Below are positions 62,801 to 64,000 of a DNA stretch of 64,000 bases, piece by piece (the first letter of the stretch is position 1; every line of letters starts with the position of its first letter). Under the pieces are notes generated by a model, which saw nothing but the letters and a program-made list of their open reading frames with translations, did not search any database and was not told the origin of the DNA. The stretch spans positions 397,606,001 through 397,670,000 of the forward strand of contig OZ024741.1 of assembly GCA_964016885.1 (NCBI GenBank), given 5' to 3'. The position numbers and the translations under genes were made by a program. Origin of the DNA: Eledone cirrhosa. Its lineage: Eukaryota.

Positions 62801-63432
62801 AAAAATTAGAGATAAGAGGGATCAGATGTTGTTTACTCGAGAGAAGGCTGCGTTGGTATGGACACGTGATGCGCATGAAAGTCGATAGCTGTATTACAAA
62901 GTGCAGGGCAATAAAGATAGACGGTAGCCACGGAATAGGCAGACCTAGAAAAACATGGGATGAGCTGATAAACTCCGACCTCACACACTTACACCTCTCC
63001 AAGACAATGTCACTGGACCGTGACCTTTGGCGGTACTCAGTAACAGAGAAGACCCGCCTTGCCAGTAGGCATCTCTAACAAAATACACCCCGTCCCGCCA
63101 CCACCCCCACCCCATCCACACCACCCCGTTCTATGTAAAGTTATGTTGGTGCCGCGCCATCCAGGCCGAAACAAATGAGATCGTGTAGGTGTCACGACAA
63201 AAAAACACACAGTCCACGCTGTAATGTGGCCGTGTAGGCAACACGGTAAAAACCTCCCAGACCCACACTGTAAATGTGGTTGGTGTTAGGAAGGGCATCC
63301 AACTGTAGAAAACCTGCCAGACAGTCCTATGCGAGCAAGACAATCACTCTTGCCTCAAGTGGGACTACCCCCGTCCAAACCCATGCAAGCGTGGAACACG
63401 GACGTTAAACGTTGATGATGATGATGATGATA
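59895..63432 (+). mobile_element. Near-full-length RTE-clade LINE (family A)
   Basis: APE (GTINVGTL, CIQETRW, SAYAPQ, IAGDLNGHVG, VDYIL, SQHRL), RT (FVDLEKAFD, YADD, FRYLG), 3' UTR, (TGA)n tail. Confidence 0.97.
59963..63078 (+). pseudogene. APE-RT polyprotein with two +1 frameshifts (A7 run 60596-60602; G4 run 61076-61079)
   Basis: Removing one base in each run joins ORFs 59840-60607, 60684-61085 and 61099-63078. Confidence 0.85.
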
Positions 63433-63436
63433 TATA

Positions 63437-63469
63437 AACCCATGCAAGCGTGGAAGATGGACGTTAAAC

Positions 63470-63502
<33 letters not shown>
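63437..63502 (+). mobile_element. Extra RTE 3'-terminal fragment with (TGA)n tail
   Basis: aaacccatgcaagcgtggaagatggacgttaaacgatgatg. Confidence 0.8.
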
Positions 63503-63562
63503 ATATTATAAAGTAAAATGACAAGAGGCCAAATATATTAAGTTTTCTTAATAGTTTATTCC

Positions 63563-63999
63563 TGCAAACACTATACACATTTCAGTAGCCAGATTGCGTA
63601 AGAACCTGGTGACATCTTCAGGTGTATATTGTGTAATAGATGTATACCAACAGAATGATGGTAAACTCATTCCAAGAGGCTTTAAGGAAAAAAGCAAAGA
63701 AAAAACAGAAGAAAAAGAAGTGTGTTTATGTTTTTGACCCAGAGCCAAATGTTCTTATAATGACGTCATCTCTGAGATGACGGGGCACTATAACAACATG
63801 CTGCTTCATTTGTCTCTGGGTCAAAAACATAAACACACTTTTTTTTCTTCTCTGTTTTTTCTTTGCTTGTTCCCTTAAAGCCTCCTTGGAATGGGTTTAC
63901 CATCATTCTGTTGGTATACATCTATTACACAATTTACACCTGAAGATGTCACTGGGTTCTTACACAACCTGGCCACTGAAATGTGTATAGTGGTTGCAG
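63563..63999. mobile_element. Diverged inverted-repeat element (arms 63563-63751 / 63807-63999) with a hammerhead motif in each arm
   Basis: Arms are reverse complements with scattered mismatches. Confidence 0.75.
63936..63992 (+). ncRNA. Degenerate type I hammerhead motif (minus-strand twin at 63568-63625)
   Basis: ACAC-CTGAAGA-stem II (ccaggtt/aacctgg consensus)-GAAA-TGTGTA-TA-GTG(T). Confidence 0.55.
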
Positions 64000-64000
64000 T

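Overview
AT-rich, repeat-saturated animal genomic DNA. The RTE-LINE, CORE-SINE and (TA)n make-up suggests a mollusc, probably an octopod cephalopod (inference only). No host protein-coding gene can be called with confidence, and nearly all long ORFs are transposon-derived or simple-repeat artefacts. The window holds about ten copies of an RTE-clade LINE, one nearly full length (59895-63432), with a C4HC3 PHD-type finger inserted inside the RT. It also holds a decayed CR1-type LINE, a Penelope GIY-YIG fragment, a deleted mariner, Helitron, piggyBac, Tc1-pogo and hAT MITEs, tRNA-SINEs and several satellites, three of which appear to have expanded from LINE sequence. Two things stand out. (1) At least five unrelated non-coding element families carry minimal type I hammerhead ribozyme motifs, often as head-to-head fold-backs in (TA)n. 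One is a 513-nt unit present as more than one circularly permuted monomer on both strands (29008-30199), as expected for reverse transcription of a circular RNA. (2) A unique, highly structured segment at 10021-10227 folds by eye like a telomerase RNA template/pseudoknot core, with template CUAACCCCUAA predicting TTAGGGG repeats, but has no contiguous 3' domain. All RNA structure calls were made by eye and need covariance-model or experimental confirmation.
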